Shown piece after piece: positions 8,130 to 18,310 of a stretch of 32,000 nt of DNA. The notes under the pieces are model-generated. The model ran no database searches and had not been told where the DNA came from. It saw only the letters and a program-made list of their open reading frames with translations. This DNA is from Fastidiosibacter lacustris (GTDB lineage: Bacteria > Pseudomonadota > Gammaproteobacteria > Francisellales > Francisellaceae). Where the stretch lies: positions 60,001 through 92,000 of the forward strand of contig NZ_QLIR01000003.1 of assembly GCF_003428155.1 (NCBI RefSeq), written 5' to 3'. A program made the position numbers and the translations under genes. Position 1 is the first letter of the stretch, and every line of letters begins with the position of its first letter.

Positions 8130-8798
8130 CTAGGAAAAATACTTAATACGTGGTAGATGCCAATTTTTATAAATCGCGCATAACCTTAAACAAAAGCCAA
8201 TGCCAATAATGGTAAGCGCACTAATAAGATTATCAATTTGAAAATAAAGCGTAATAGTATGTAGAAATCCAACTACAGCAGCGACAATCGCATAAAGTTC
8301 TGCCTGGAAAACCAAAGGTACGTCGTTACATAGGATATCTCTTAACACTCCTCCAGAAATTCCAGTGATAATGGCCATGATAATGGCAATAATAAAACTA
8401 CCGATTACAGTGAATCCATCATTGTTAACAGCATGCAAGGCAATTTTATAGCCAATATCGCTTCCAAGGTAGGCAAAGGTCACAAGACCAAGCGCATCAG
8501 CAATAAGGAAAAATTTATGTAGTCTTATGATATGTTTAGCAACAAAAATAGCAACAACTGATGCAAAGAAGGTAACAACAATATACTCAGGATAAAGTAT
8601 CCAAGTTAAAGGGTAATAACCCAGTAAGATATCACGTACGGTTCCACCACCGAGTGCAGTAATGGTAGCAATTGTAATAATCCCAAATAAATCCATATTT
8701 TTTCTACCTGCAGAAATGGTCCCAGACATGCTCTCAGCCGTAATTCCAATCACAAATAAGATTTGAAAAATAATAATTTTATCTACTAAAAATGCCAT
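8130..8798 (-). CDS. Trimeric intracellular cation channel family protein (UPF0126, YadS/YicG-like)
   Basis: Multi-pass protein with two ALGGGTVRDILLG / ISGGVLRDIL repeats characteristic of the family. Confidence 0.87.
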   Translation of the reverse strand: MAFLVDKIIIFQILFVIGITAESMSGTISAGRKNMDLFGIITIATITALGGGTVRDILLGYYPLTWILYPEYIVVTFFASVVAIFVAKHIIRLHKFFLIADALGLVTFAYLGSDIGYKIALHAVNNDGFTVIGSFIIAIIMAIITGISGGVLRDILCNDVPLVFQAELYAIVAAVVGFLHTITLYFQIDNLISALTIIGIGFCLRLCAIYKNWHLPRIKYFS

Positions 8799-8843
8799 AT
8801 AATTAATCTTCTGAAAACCGCGAGGGGTATCATAACGCTAAGC

Positions 8844-9449
8844 TTAGCGACTACCAAGCTTTTTATATAGTAGATATGCAGATACGTCACCTTGTTGAGT
8901 CTGTTTTATGATCTCAAATAAATCAAGTTCTTTAGGTGGTGATTTGGTAGCAAATTCAGTATAGATAATTGTGTTAGTAGTAATATGAATATTATGATTA
9001 ATAATGTTAAGTGCGCGATCAAGTAGTTCGCTTTTAAAAGGAGGATCAAGAAAAATAATGTCATAGTTTATTGGGTTTTGCAGATGAGATAACACATTAG
9101 CGTGGAGAATATGAGCATTACCTATATTTAAACGTTGAGTATTTTGGTTTAAAAAAGCGAGTGCGTTTTTATCTAACTCGAATAAATCACAACTATGCGC
9201 TAACCTTGAGAGTGCTTCAAATCCTAATGCACCACTGCCTGCGAAAGCATCAAGACAGCGTGCATTTACTATATAAGGCATCAACCAATTAAAAAGTGTC
9301 TCGCGTAAGCGATCAGATGTAGGTCTTAAGTTGGGATCTATTGTTGGAAAAGAGATTTTGCGTGACTTATATTTACCAGCAATAATGCGCAGCTGGCTAT
9401 ACTGATTTTTAATAAGTGTTGATTTTTGAACGTTCTTTGGCATGACCAT
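8844..9449 (-). CDS. rsmD: 16S rRNA (guanine(966)-N(2))-methyltransferase RsmD
   Basis: RIIAGKYKSRKISFP, LRPTSDRLRETLFNWL, CLDAFAGSGALGFEALSR, IIFLDPPF. Confidence 0.93.
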   Translation of the reverse strand: MVMPKNVQKSTLIKNQYSQLRIIAGKYKSRKISFPTIDPNLRPTSDRLRETLFNWLMPYIVNARCLDAFAGSGALGFEALSRLAHSCDLFELDKNALAFLNQNTQRLNIGNAHILHANVLSHLQNPINYDIIFLDPPFKSELLDRALNIINHNIHITTNTIIYTEFATKSPPKELDLFEIIKQTQQGDVSAYLLYKKLGSR

Positions 9450-10519
9450 TACTCACGCATTTTCCAAAATAAAAAGCCTAGAATAAAGGTGAAAATGACA
9501 TTTGGAATTGCCGCACCAAAGAATCCGGGTAAGTTATAAACAAGGCTAAATGGACCAAACGTTTGATTAATAATGTAAAAACTAAAGCCAAACAGCATAC
9601 CAATAATAAATTTATAACCCAAAGCAGATGAGCGCATTGAACCTAATGAAAATGGTACTGCAATCAGCATAAGAATGATAAGTGATAAGGGTTGGAAGAA
9701 AGTTTGCCAGAATTTTAACCAGATACGGTTAGCATTTTGTTGTCCTTCTTTATTAACTTTGATGTAATCAATCAGCTCACTTAGGTTTAAATAATCTGTG
9801 TTAGAAGTAATGATTTTAAGTAAGGAGGGGGGCAATAAGTTATTCCAATATTGTTTAGCATCTTTGTAAACAACACTATTGTCTTTGCCAATTTGGGTAC
9901 TGACAACGTTATTGACTTGCCATTGTTTATTTTCAAAGGTTGCACTATCACCATGATCAATAGCAGTCAGTTGATTGTTATCAACCGTATATTTGGTAAC
10001 GTTGCTAAGTTTACCATCAGTATCATTTTTGCCAACGTGAATAAAAGCATTACCTTCTCGTACCCATAGTGTTTGCGTATCGTATAGTACTAAAGCTTCA
10101 TTACCACCTGTAGCAAGCGTTTTGTTAATAGTGGCTTGTTTTTGGAAATAAGGTGCAATATAAGCACCTGTTAAAAAAGTAATAAGTGCTAAGCAAAATG
10201 CGGCTAACAGTACGCCTTTTGCAATCTGACTAATTGATTGCCCAGATGCACGCATAACAATAAGCTCACTATTGTTAGCTAAAAGTCCTAATCCCATAAG
10301 CCCCCCTAATAATGCGCAAACAGGCATGATAAGGTAAATATTAGCAGGTGCCTGATATACTACATATAAAAAAGCTATTAGAGCTGTATACTTACCTTTA
10401 CCAATATCACCTGCTTGCGCAATATAGGTAAACAATAAGAAAATAGCAGTTAGTGCCAATATCATAATAAAAGAAGTATATAAAACAGTAGAGGCGACGT
10501 ATAAGGTCAGACGCTTCAT
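9449..10519 (-). CDS. lptG: LPS export ABC transporter permease LptG
   Basis: YjgQ/YjgP-type permease (PVCALLGGLMGLGLLANNSELIVMRASGQS; C-terminal GFSFYIINQTFGPFS). Immediately downstream of the LptF paralogue with ATGA-type overlap. Confidence 0.88.
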   Translation of the reverse strand: MKRLTLYVASTVLYTSFIMILALTAIFLLFTYIAQAGDIGKGKYTALIAFLYVVYQAPANIYLIMPVCALLGGLMGLGLLANNSELIVMRASGQSISQIAKGVLLAAFCLALITFLTGAYIAPYFQKQATINKTLATGGNEALVLYDTQTLWVREGNAFIHVGKNDTDGKLSNVTKYTVDNNQLTAIDHGDSATFENKQWQVNNVVSTQIGKDNSVVYKDAKQYWNNLLPPSLLKIITSNTDYLNLSELIDYIKVNKEGQQNANRIWLKFWQTFFQPLSLIILMLIAVPFSLGSMRSSALGYKFIIGMLFGFSFYIINQTFGPFSLVYNLPGFFGAAIPNVIFTFILGFLFWKMRE

Positions 10520-11610
10520 ACCTTTACCTCACTTTTTGCAGTCTGATAATAAAAAAGTTTGCCATTATAACGCTTGAGTATTATTAGCATAGTCACTGCA
10601 AAGATAATATGAATCCACCATAGCCCAATCCAGCTGGGAATTGTACCATCGTTAAGCCATGATTTAGATAAGGACAACAAGTTAAAGTACATGATACAGA
10701 CTAAAATAGCAGGAATAATTTTGCTATAACGGTTTTGGCGTGGGCGCATTTTAGACATTGCAAGCGCAATTAAAGTGGATACTAAAATTGCTAAAGGAAA
10801 GCTTAAACGCCATTGCAGCTCTGCTTGATAAAGTGGATTGTTACTGCCAAGTAACTCAAATGTAGGTACTGATTCGATGGAGGAGTTATAACCCACAGTG
10901 ACTTTAGAAGATATAAATTGAGTCGCTTCTTTGAATTCACCTTTTTGAAGCTCGGCTGTACCAGCTTGAGCATCATAAAAATAGCCATCTTTTAGAATTA
11001 GATACTGATTACCATCTGGACGCGTTTCAGCATAACCGATTGGCGCAGTAATGATGGTGCTGGCATTATTGGGTTTTTGTTGATAGATGAAGATATCGTA
11101 CATGGTGCCATCACTATCAGTTGATTTGGTATAGACAACTTGTTTGCCATCATTAAAAGGAATGATTTGACCTGGTTGAATAAAACTAATTAAAGAATTT
11201 TTTGTTGTGGTTTTTTGAACAAGGAAATAATTTTGGTCCATCTTAGGTAGAATGAATAAAGTCAAAATAATTTCGATAATAAATAAGCTTAAAGCGGGAA
11301 TAAGAATAAATTTAAATAGGCGAAACCAACTTGTTCCACAAGCAAACGCAACTGTCAGTTCATTGTTGGCAAATAATTTACCATAGACAATGAGGATAGA
11401 AAAGAAAAAACTAATGGGCAGAAGATATGCAATATATTTAGGTAACATTACTGAAATCATTTTAAACACGGCATCTGCTTCAATATTACCACCTGAAACA
11501 ATAGACAAATATCGAACAAACATGTTGCTGATCACAATTAGTAGCAAAATTAATATAATTGCCATTGTCATATTGACCAATTCACGGTTTAAATAGCGCA
11601 GTAAAATCAA
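10516..11610 (-). CDS. lptF: LPS export ABC transporter permease LptF
   Basis: LLRYLNRELVNMT..., LPISFFFSILIVYGKLFANNELTVAFACGTSWFRL, ALAMSKMRPRQNRYSKIIPAIL. Starts at TTG (11610) with an AGAGG SD-like sequence upstream. Confidence 0.88.
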   Translation of the reverse strand: MILLRYLNRELVNMTMAIILILLLIVISNMFVRYLSIVSGGNIEADAVFKMISVMLPKYIAYLLPISFFFSILIVYGKLFANNELTVAFACGTSWFRLFKFILIPALSLFIIEIILTLFILPKMDQNYFLVQKTTTKNSLISFIQPGQIIPFNDGKQVVYTKSTDSDGTMYDIFIYQQKPNNASTIITAPIGYAETRPDGNQYLILKDGYFYDAQAGTAELQKGEFKEATQFISSKVTVGYNSSIESVPTFELLGSNNPLYQAELQWRLSFPLAILVSTLIALAMSKMRPRQNRYSKIIPAILVCIMYFNLLSLSKSWLNDGTIPSWIGLWWIHIIFAVTMLIILKRYNGKLFYYQTAKSEVKV

Positions 11611-11869
11611 TAATTCACCCTCTAAGTGTTTGTTTTAAGCTTAAACGTTTTTTATTACTTAATTATTTCTCACAATAAACTCTAGATGACTACCTTTAAA
11701 AGGTAGCACACTCATCTCAAATGTATTTTGGAATCTAATAAGAACCTCATTAAAGTTTGTAACCTTAATAAATAAATCTGGGTGTATTTTACATGAATCT
11801 ATCAGAAAATCAGTTATTTTGCGCATTGATTTTTATGTTGTTACAATTAGACTAACATAACATATTTCT

Positions 11870-12529
11870 TCAATTGCTGTTAAATTTTTGACTTACCAAC
11901 CAGCTGTTGATATCTCTTGTTAGTGTTTGACTGAGTTTGTTAGTGGCGATTGCAAAACCTTTTGCGTTTGCATCTGATTTTTCTGTTAAGTCGAACGTTT
12001 GAATTGCAACAACTTTTCCTGAGTTAGCATTGGTTAGTGTATAAGTCACAGATAGGATAACACTACTATTACCATTTTGAATTAGCTGTGTTAACTGATT
12101 TAAATTTCCAGTAAGCCGATAATCGGCGTAGCCAATGAAGTTACTTGAAACAACATTTTTAAAATTATGAAATTGAAGCAAGGCTTGCAACGTATTTCTG
12201 CTTAACATTTGTTGAGGAGGAACTGCCCAACTGTTCTCACTATAACTTAATAACTGATATGATGTGTTTTCACGATAATACATTACGGTTGAATTATAAG
12301 GCTCAGCAGCAGTTAAGGGTGTAACAAATAAGGTCAGGTTATAACTTTTGTCAGGCTGTGAAATTGCTTCTCTCTGATCACCTTGATCTTTTTGAGTTTG
12401 TAAATTAGGAGGAAGTATTTGATATTGTTTGGTTTCTGGAGTTGAAATTGGCGCTAAAACGCCACAGCCACTTATTAAAAGTGTTGAACAGATTGCTAAA
12501 ATAACTTTTGGGGAAGTAAACTTGATCAT
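11870..12529 (-). CDS. ABC-type transport auxiliary lipoprotein (PqiC/DUF330-like)
   Basis: Lipobox-like LLISGCG, domain YYVLP-like 'KQYQILPPN', and position directly downstream of an MCE gene. Confidence 0.75.
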   Translation of the reverse strand: MIKFTSPKVILAICSTLLISGCGVLAPISTPETKQYQILPPNLQTQKDQGDQREAISQPDKSYNLTLFVTPLTAAEPYNSTVMYYRENTSYQLLSYSENSWAVPPQQMLSRNTLQALLQFHNFKNVVSSNFIGYADYRLTGNLNQLTQLIQNGNSSVILSVTYTLTNANSGKVVAIQTFDLTEKSDANAKGFAIATNKLSQTLTRDINSWLVSQKFNSN

Positions 12530-12531
12530 CG

Positions 12532-13437
12532 TTATTCTCCAGTGTTAGGTTTTTGAGATAATTCCCCTCGTACTAAAATTGAAGGGTTATGGTTGAGTTT
12601 TTTAATGAGTACTGAAAGTTCTAAAGAAGTTTGGTTAACATTATCTAATGTCTGTACTAATTGTGGCAATAAGACATTATTGATTCCCTGTAGAGTCTGG
12701 TTATTAAAACTTGCTATGATAGAGCTTACATCATTTGACGCTTGAGCGACTGATTTAGACGCAACATTTATGTTATTTATTATCTGATCAAAATAAGCAG
12801 AGCTTTTAGCTGTGTTGTTTAAAATAATATTCAAAGATTCTAGGCTTTGATAAATGTTGTGACCACTTGTCGCAAGCGAGTTCGAAATATCTTCAATATT
12901 TGTCATGATATGATTGATCTTTTGAACATTTTCATCACTGATAATATTAGTAACACGTGTAGAAATTTGGCTTATTTGATCGGCAACAACGCTCATTTGA
13001 TTAACAATATTGGTTAAAAAAGAAGGTTTGGTTTTAACAACTGAGTAAGGCGGTTTGGAGCTTGGCTCAATAAGCTCTCTGGTTGTATCTTTGTCAATAG
13101 ATAACGTAATAAAAACTTGTCCTGTAATACCTTGAGGTACCAAATTTGCATAGGTTGTGGTGTAGATAGGAATGTCTTGTTGAATTTGCATGACGACAAT
13201 CACAATACTGGGATTCTCTTTATCAATCCTAATACTTTCGACTTTCCCGACATTAACACCATTATAGTTAATTGCAGCATTAACATTTAATCCGTTCACT
13301 GATTCATTAAAACGCGCAATATAGGTATTATATTTAATATCTTTTAAGCCAAAGGTAAGCCAAAAACCAATAAATATCATGAGCAAACTTGTGATAATAA
13401 TGAACAAACCTGCGATGAAATAACGATTGTTTTTCAT
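12532..13437 (-). CDS. MCE/MlaD family periplasmic protein of ABC lipid transporter
   Basis: Single N-terminal TM then YIARFNESVNGLNVNAAINYNGVNVGKVESIRIDKENPSIVIV (MCE domain) and a long helical C-terminal region ending NPSILVRGE. Confidence 0.88.
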   Translation of the reverse strand: MKNNRYFIAGLFIIITSLLMIFIGFWLTFGLKDIKYNTYIARFNESVNGLNVNAAINYNGVNVGKVESIRIDKENPSIVIVVMQIQQDIPIYTTTYANLVPQGITGQVFITLSIDKDTTRELIEPSSKPPYSVVKTKPSFLTNIVNQMSVVADQISQISTRVTNIISDENVQKINHIMTNIEDISNSLATSGHNIYQSLESLNIILNNTAKSSAYFDQIINNINVASKSVAQASNDVSSIIASFNNQTLQGINNVLLPQLVQTLDNVNQTSLELSVLIKKLNHNPSILVRGELSQKPNTGE

Positions 13438-13448
13438 ACTTTTATACC

Positions 13449-14231
13449 TTAAATTACGTTGTTAACCGTGGTTTTAGGACCATTAAAAAAGTTATTTAAA
13501 TTTTCATACTGTGTCATTTTTACAGCATTTTCTACAGTATCGTGCACAAGTATGCGTTTATCATCGATATAAACAACTTCATCAACGATACGCCAAATGC
13601 TTTTTAGTTCGTGTGTAATCATAATAATTGATAGATTAAGACCTTGTTTTAACTGTAAGATGAGCTGATCTAGCTCATACATTGAATGAGGATCCAATCC
13701 AGCTGAAGGTTCATCAAGAAAGATAATAGCAGGATCAAGTGCAAGTGTTCGCGCAAGTGCAACGCGCTTTAGCATACCGCCACTTAACTGTGAAGGATAT
13801 TTATTGTAAGCATCTTCCTTGAGTCCAACCATTTTAAGTTTAAGTCTAGCAAGGTCGATGACGATATCTCGACTAAATGATGTATATTCTTGTAGCGGAA
13901 ACATGACGTTTTCAAGAGAAGTTAGTGCGCTAAAAAGTGCACCTCCTTGGAACATCATACCCATTTGACTTGCAAACTCGCGCCTTTTAATTTCATCGTC
14001 GTATAAGTCAGATATCTTATGCCCAAGTAGAAAAATCTCACCTTCGGTGACAGGCTGTAACATCAAGATTTCTCGAATTAATGTGGTTTTGCCTGAACCG
14101 CTACCACCAATGATCGCAGTAATATGGTGAGGATAGATAGACAAGTTAAGATTTTTATGTACCCATACACCATCAAAACACGTCCCTAAGTTTTTAACTT
14201 CAATAATCGGTTGATTATCAATCTTATGCAT
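13449..14231 (-). CDS. ABC transporter ATP-binding protein, MlaF-like
   Basis: Walker A GGSGSGKTT, signature LSGGMLKRVALARTLALDPAIIFLDEPSAGLDP, typical MlaF MGMMFQGGALFSALT. Confidence 0.93.
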   Translation of the reverse strand: MHKIDNQPIIEVKNLGTCFDGVWVHKNLNLSIYPHHITAIIGGSGSGKTTLIREILMLQPVTEGEIFLLGHKISDLYDDEIKRREFASQMGMMFQGGALFSALTSLENVMFPLQEYTSFSRDIVIDLARLKLKMVGLKEDAYNKYPSQLSGGMLKRVALARTLALDPAIIFLDEPSAGLDPHSMYELDQLILQLKQGLNLSIIMITHELKSIWRIVDEVVYIDDKRILVHDTVENAVKMTQYENLNNFFNGPKTTVNNVI

Positions 14232-14233
14232 AT

Positions 14234-15373
14234 TTATATTCCAATAGTGCTAAATAAAATTGAAAATAGCGCATCGGTTACAATGATTAAAAAGGTTGAA
14301 TAAACGACGCTTTTAGTTGTTTCTTGACCGATACTTAATGAATCATTTTTAACAATAGTCCCGCGATAACAGCCAACGGCTCCAATGATGATCGCAAAAA
14401 AGGGTGCTTTGATTAAACCTGTCAAGTAGTTATTAAACGATACAGCAGTAGAAAAGCGCTGGATAAAGTCATAAAAATTAATGCCAAGCGAGGCTTTTGC
14501 CATTACCATTCCGCCAATACAACTGATAATGTCAGCAATGACAATCAGTAAAGGTAAGGCTATAACCATGCCAATAATTCTAGGCAGAATCAAGCGTTTA
14601 ATAGGACTAATACCAAATGTTTTAAGTGCATCAATTTCTTGCTGAACTTTCATGGTGCCAAGCTCAGCGGTAAAAGACGAAGCGGAGCGTCCTGCGACAA
14701 TAATAGCGGTAATCAAAGGTGCAAATTCACGCAAAAGTGAGATGCCTAACAAATCGACCACAAAAATATTAGCACCATAAATTTTAAGCTGTGAACCAAT
14801 CTGATAACAAAGTACGATACCAATTAAAAAGCAAAGCAAAGATACAATAGCAATCGCTTTGACTCCTGTTTGGGTGATGATATCAAGAAGTAAGCGCCAC
14901 TGTGTAGCAAAAGGAGTGCGTATTACTTGTAAATAACTCATTACGGTTGCACCAATAAAGGCAACCAGATTTTTACTATCTTTGATGTAGTTGGTTGTCT
15001 GCTCGCCAATTTGATACACTTTTTCGTAAGTATTTAAAGGCTGGAGGCTACTATCATAAACGGTATAATTTTTGGCAATAAGGCTAATCAAACTTATTTG
15101 TGTTTCAGTTGCAACAAGACTTACATTTTTAAGTATTTGCTGAATTTTGTAAATGAAATAAGCTCCCATGGTGTCAAGTCTTTCAATATATTTAATATCT
15201 ATTTGCTCAATAGTTTTTTTAAGGGATTTGATTTTATTGATAATATTTTGGTCAATCGAGTGCCAACACCACTGACCATTTAGCATCAATGTTGATGCTT
15301 CAACATGAAAGTGAGCCTGTTTTTTATTCTTTATACTTTTTTTGCTTTTCATCCGTGCACTTAAGTAAGTCAT
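14234..15373 (-). CDS. MlaE family lipid ABC transporter permease with N-terminal STAS-like extension
   Basis: C-terminal MlaE domain (LREFAPLITAIIVAGRSASSFTAELGTMKVQQEIDALKTFGISPIKRLILPRIIG); ~130 aa N-terminal extension with a STAS-like pattern (YIERLDTMGAYFIYKIQQIL). Confidence 0.92.
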   Translation of the reverse strand: MTYLSARMKSKKSIKNKKQAHFHVEASTLMLNGQWCWHSIDQNIINKIKSLKKTIEQIDIKYIERLDTMGAYFIYKIQQILKNVSLVATETQISLISLIAKNYTVYDSSLQPLNTYEKVYQIGEQTTNYIKDSKNLVAFIGATVMSYLQVIRTPFATQWRLLLDIITQTGVKAIAIVSLLCFLIGIVLCYQIGSQLKIYGANIFVVDLLGISLLREFAPLITAIIVAGRSASSFTAELGTMKVQQEIDALKTFGISPIKRLILPRIIGMVIALPLLIVIADIISCIGGMVMAKASLGINFYDFIQRFSTAVSFNNYLTGLIKAPFFAIIIGAVGCYRGTIVKNDSLSIGQETTKSVVYSTFLIIVTDALFSILFSTIGI

Positions 15374-15512
15374 CTATGATTAAACAACTAAAATCAAAGT
15401 ATATCTATTTATTGCTATCTCAGTCGATGATTTTATGTAAAAAGTCTCTATACCAAAGAAAAATCTGTATGAAAAAATGTATTTTTTTTATAGAAATGTC
15501 TGTGAAAAGTGG

Positions 15513-17537
15513 TTATTGAGCATTATTAATAAATCGATTTTTAAGTGTAGCTAGGTTACTTTTAGCAATATCTTTACGTTCTTGGTGGTTAGACTCGGAT
15601 TTCCCACTCCAGCTTAAATCATCTTGTGGCAGTTCATCAAGAAAGCGACTGGGGTATGAAACGATGGATTCACCAAACTTTTTGCGTGCTTTGGTTAACG
15701 TTAAGGTGAGAGTGTATTTCGCTCGTGTAATCGCAACATAAGCTAAGCGACGCTCTTCTTCAATAAAGTCATCATCAATGCTTTGCTGATGAGGTAATAG
15801 TCCTTCTTCAACTCCCATAATATAGACATGAGGATACTCTAAACCTTTTGATGCGTGGACGGTTAGAATTTGAACTTTTTCGTCTTGTTTTTGCTCTTGC
15901 TGACGATCGATAATATCCAGTAGAAGCATACGATTAATAATTTCAGCAAAATGGAGCTCTTTCTCATCGTCTTGTGGTTTTTCAGTAATCCAATCAATTA
16001 AATCAAGGATATTCTTAAAGCGTTTTTCTGCCTGCTGGAGGCTACTTGCGTTATCAGTAAGCCATTGTTCATAGTGAATATCTGTCATAAGTGAAATTAA
16101 GCTTTGGCGAAGCGTATCAGGATGTTTAATTTTTTGTTGATAGTGGCAGATAAATTGATGGAATTGTTTAAGTTTATGAAGTGCAATAGGTTTAAGCTCA
16201 TTTTCTAAGCCTATTTCAGTGATTGCATCAAAAAGCGCTATCTGACGGCGACTGGCATATTGACCAAGCTTTTCTAAGGTAGAAGGACCAATTTCACGCC
16301 TGGGAGTATTAATTATACGTAAAAAAGCACAATCATCGTTACTATTGATCAAAAGTTTAAAATAAGCTAAAACATCTTTTATTTCTGTTTTGGCAAAAAA
16401 TGAGCTGCCACCACTGATCGCATAAGGAATTTTATACAGTTGAAAATAACGTTCTAACAAAAAAGATTGGTGATTACCACGTATAAGGACCGCATAATCT
16501 TTAAAATAAGTATTATTTTTAATTTTATGTGTCATGATTTCACTTGCAATGCGTTGTGCTTCATCCTCTTCATTTTTGGTGATTAGTACGCGAATTGGTT
16601 CGCCATAATTATGCACTGACCACAGTTTTTTATTAAAGAGATGTGGATTATTGCCAATAAGGGTGTTAGCAGCATGTAAAATGCGACCGCTGGAACGATA
16701 ATTTTGCTCAAGTTTAATAACTTTTAATGTAGGGTAATCTTGTTGTAATGCGAATAGATTTTCAGGTCGTGCGCCACGCCAAGCATAGATTGATTGATCA
16801 TCATCACCAACGACGGTAAATTGTTTGCGCCTGGCAACCAAAAGTTGCATAAGCTGATATTGGCTTTCATTAGTGTCTTGATATTCATCGATTAAAACAT
16901 AATGCAATTTGTTACTCCAATATTCGGCTACTTCAGAATGAGTTTGTAAGAGTTGTACAGGAATAAAGATTAAATCATCAAAATCAACAGCATTATAAGC
17001 CTTAAGATATCGTTGATATTGGATATAGATTTCATGTGCTTGTTTGATATTACTATTTTTAGTAGAAAGGTTGACTTGATCAGGCGTCAAAAGAGCATTT
17101 TTCCACAGAGAAATTTGATGTTTAATTTCAGCTGCAACTTGCTTGGTTACTTGAAAAGCGCTATATGCGATTTCATGGATGAGTGTAAGTGAATCTTGTT
17201 CGTCAAATAATGTGAAATTTGCTTTATAGCCAAGTTTTGCATGGTGTTTACGAAGCAGGTTAAGTCCTAAGTTATGAAAAGTCGAAATGCATAAGCCGCG
17301 TGTATTGTCATTTTCTAAGCGTGATAATACACGTGTTTTCATCTCTTTAGCGGTTTTATTGGTAAATGTAACAGCAAGAATACTACTTGCACTGTAATGA
17401 CAGGTTTGAATCAAATACGCAATTTTCTCAGTAATGACACGTGTTTTACCACTGCCTGCTCCAGCTAAAACTAAGAGAGGACCACTGATATATTTGACTG
17501 CTTGTTGCTGCTCAGGATTAAGTTTATGCATAATCAT
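15513..17537 (-). CDS. rep: ATP-dependent DNA helicase Rep (UvrD/Rep superfamily)
   Basis: LNPEQQQAVKYISGPLLVLAGAGSGKTRVI, VDFDDLI, VLIDEYQDTNESQY, VGDDDQSIYAWRGA, LEQNYRSS, TVHASKGLEYPHVY. Confidence 0.92.
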   Translation of the reverse strand: MIMHKLNPEQQQAVKYISGPLLVLAGAGSGKTRVITEKIAYLIQTCHYSASSILAVTFTNKTAKEMKTRVLSRLENDNTRGLCISTFHNLGLNLLRKHHAKLGYKANFTLFDEQDSLTLIHEIAYSAFQVTKQVAAEIKHQISLWKNALLTPDQVNLSTKNSNIKQAHEIYIQYQRYLKAYNAVDFDDLIFIPVQLLQTHSEVAEYWSNKLHYVLIDEYQDTNESQYQLMQLLVARRKQFTVVGDDDQSIYAWRGARPENLFALQQDYPTLKVIKLEQNYRSSGRILHAANTLIGNNPHLFNKKLWSVHNYGEPIRVLITKNEEDEAQRIASEIMTHKIKNNTYFKDYAVLIRGNHQSFLLERYFQLYKIPYAISGGSSFFAKTEIKDVLAYFKLLINSNDDCAFLRIINTPRREIGPSTLEKLGQYASRRQIALFDAITEIGLENELKPIALHKLKQFHQFICHYQQKIKHPDTLRQSLISLMTDIHYEQWLTDNASSLQQAEKRFKNILDLIDWITEKPQDDEKELHFAEIINRMLLLDIIDRQQEQKQDEKVQILTVHASKGLEYPHVYIMGVEEGLLPHQQSIDDDFIEEERRLAYVAITRAKYTLTLTLTKARKKFGESIVSYPSRFLDELPQDDLSWSGKSESNHQERKDIAKSNLATLKNRFINNAQ

Positions 17538-18310
17538 GCAATAATCTTGGCTTCTATGTCACCGTTTAAGATAATAGGTGTTTCATTTACGGCATGCTTA
17601 AGTACAGCAAGGATATAACTTTTGTTATCGATATTGACTTGGTTAACCACATCGGCAACGTTTTTTAGTTCTAAATCTTGCAGTTTATCTGTGATAGGCA
17701 AAGCGGTTTCTGTTTCAAGGCTAAGAAGTGATTTTTTCAATGTGCCACGATACTTCATACGCGCAATAATTTCTTGTCCCATAAAACAACCTTTTTGATA
17801 GGATATAGCATTGAATTGATCTAAATTAAGCTCAGCAGGCAAAAAGACTTCACTATTTTTGATATCAATATAGGGCAGTTGTTGGCAAATATTTTCTTTA
17901 CAGACAGTTTTATAATCAAGCTTGGAGTTTATTTCTTTAAGCTTAGTATTGACAATAATACTGTGTTGAAATAAAAAACCTTCTTGTGCGGGAAGGTTAC
18001 TATATACTAACTGGTGGTTATCACAGGGATCAAAACTAATCTTAGAAAATACAGCATATTTTCTTAATGCACTTAACACCTGATCAGTTAGGTTATCAGG
18101 TAGTGCTAATAAAAGCGTTTGCTCATCTATAAAGTAAGTGAAAAATAATGCGATAAGGCGACCCTTTTGATTGCATAGACCATTTAACTGCATTAGGTTG
18201 TCGTGATTTAAAAGTGCCAAATCATTTGTCAATTGGCTCTGTAAAAATTTAATGCAATCAACGCCATGAGCGCGAACAATATGGATGTTTTGATAAATAT
18301 GGTAATTCAT
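17534..18310 (-). CDS. ygfZ: YgfZ family folate-binding protein (tRNA-modifying GcvT-like)
   Basis: FLQSQLTNDL..., LNGLCNQKGRLI and the diagnostic KGCFMGQEIIARMKYRG motif. Confidence 0.9.
   Translation of the reverse strand: MNYHIYQNIHIVRAHGVDCIKFLQSQLTNDLALLNHDNLMQLNGLCNQKGRLIALFFTYFIDEQTLLLALPDNLTDQVLSALRKYAVFSKISFDPCDNHQLVYSNLPAQEGFLFQHSIIVNTKLKEINSKLDYKTVCKENICQQLPYIDIKNSEVFLPAELNLDQFNAISYQKGCFMGQEIIARMKYRGTLKKSLLSLETETALPITDKLQDLELKNVADVVNQVNIDNKSYILAVLKHAVNETPIILNGDIEAKIIA

Noticed and set aside
9851-10069. 72-aa antisense ORF inside lptG
   Set aside because: Shadow ORF of a confident gene; no independent evidence.
11390-11596. 68-aa + strand ORF inside lptF
   Set aside because: Antisense to lptF with no RBS or motif support.
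15289-15519. 76-aa - strand ORF bridging the MlaE-like start and the gap before rep
   Set aside because: Overlaps the MlaE-like gene N-terminus out of frame; biased F/S/L/Y/K composition expected from AT-rich non-coding DNA.
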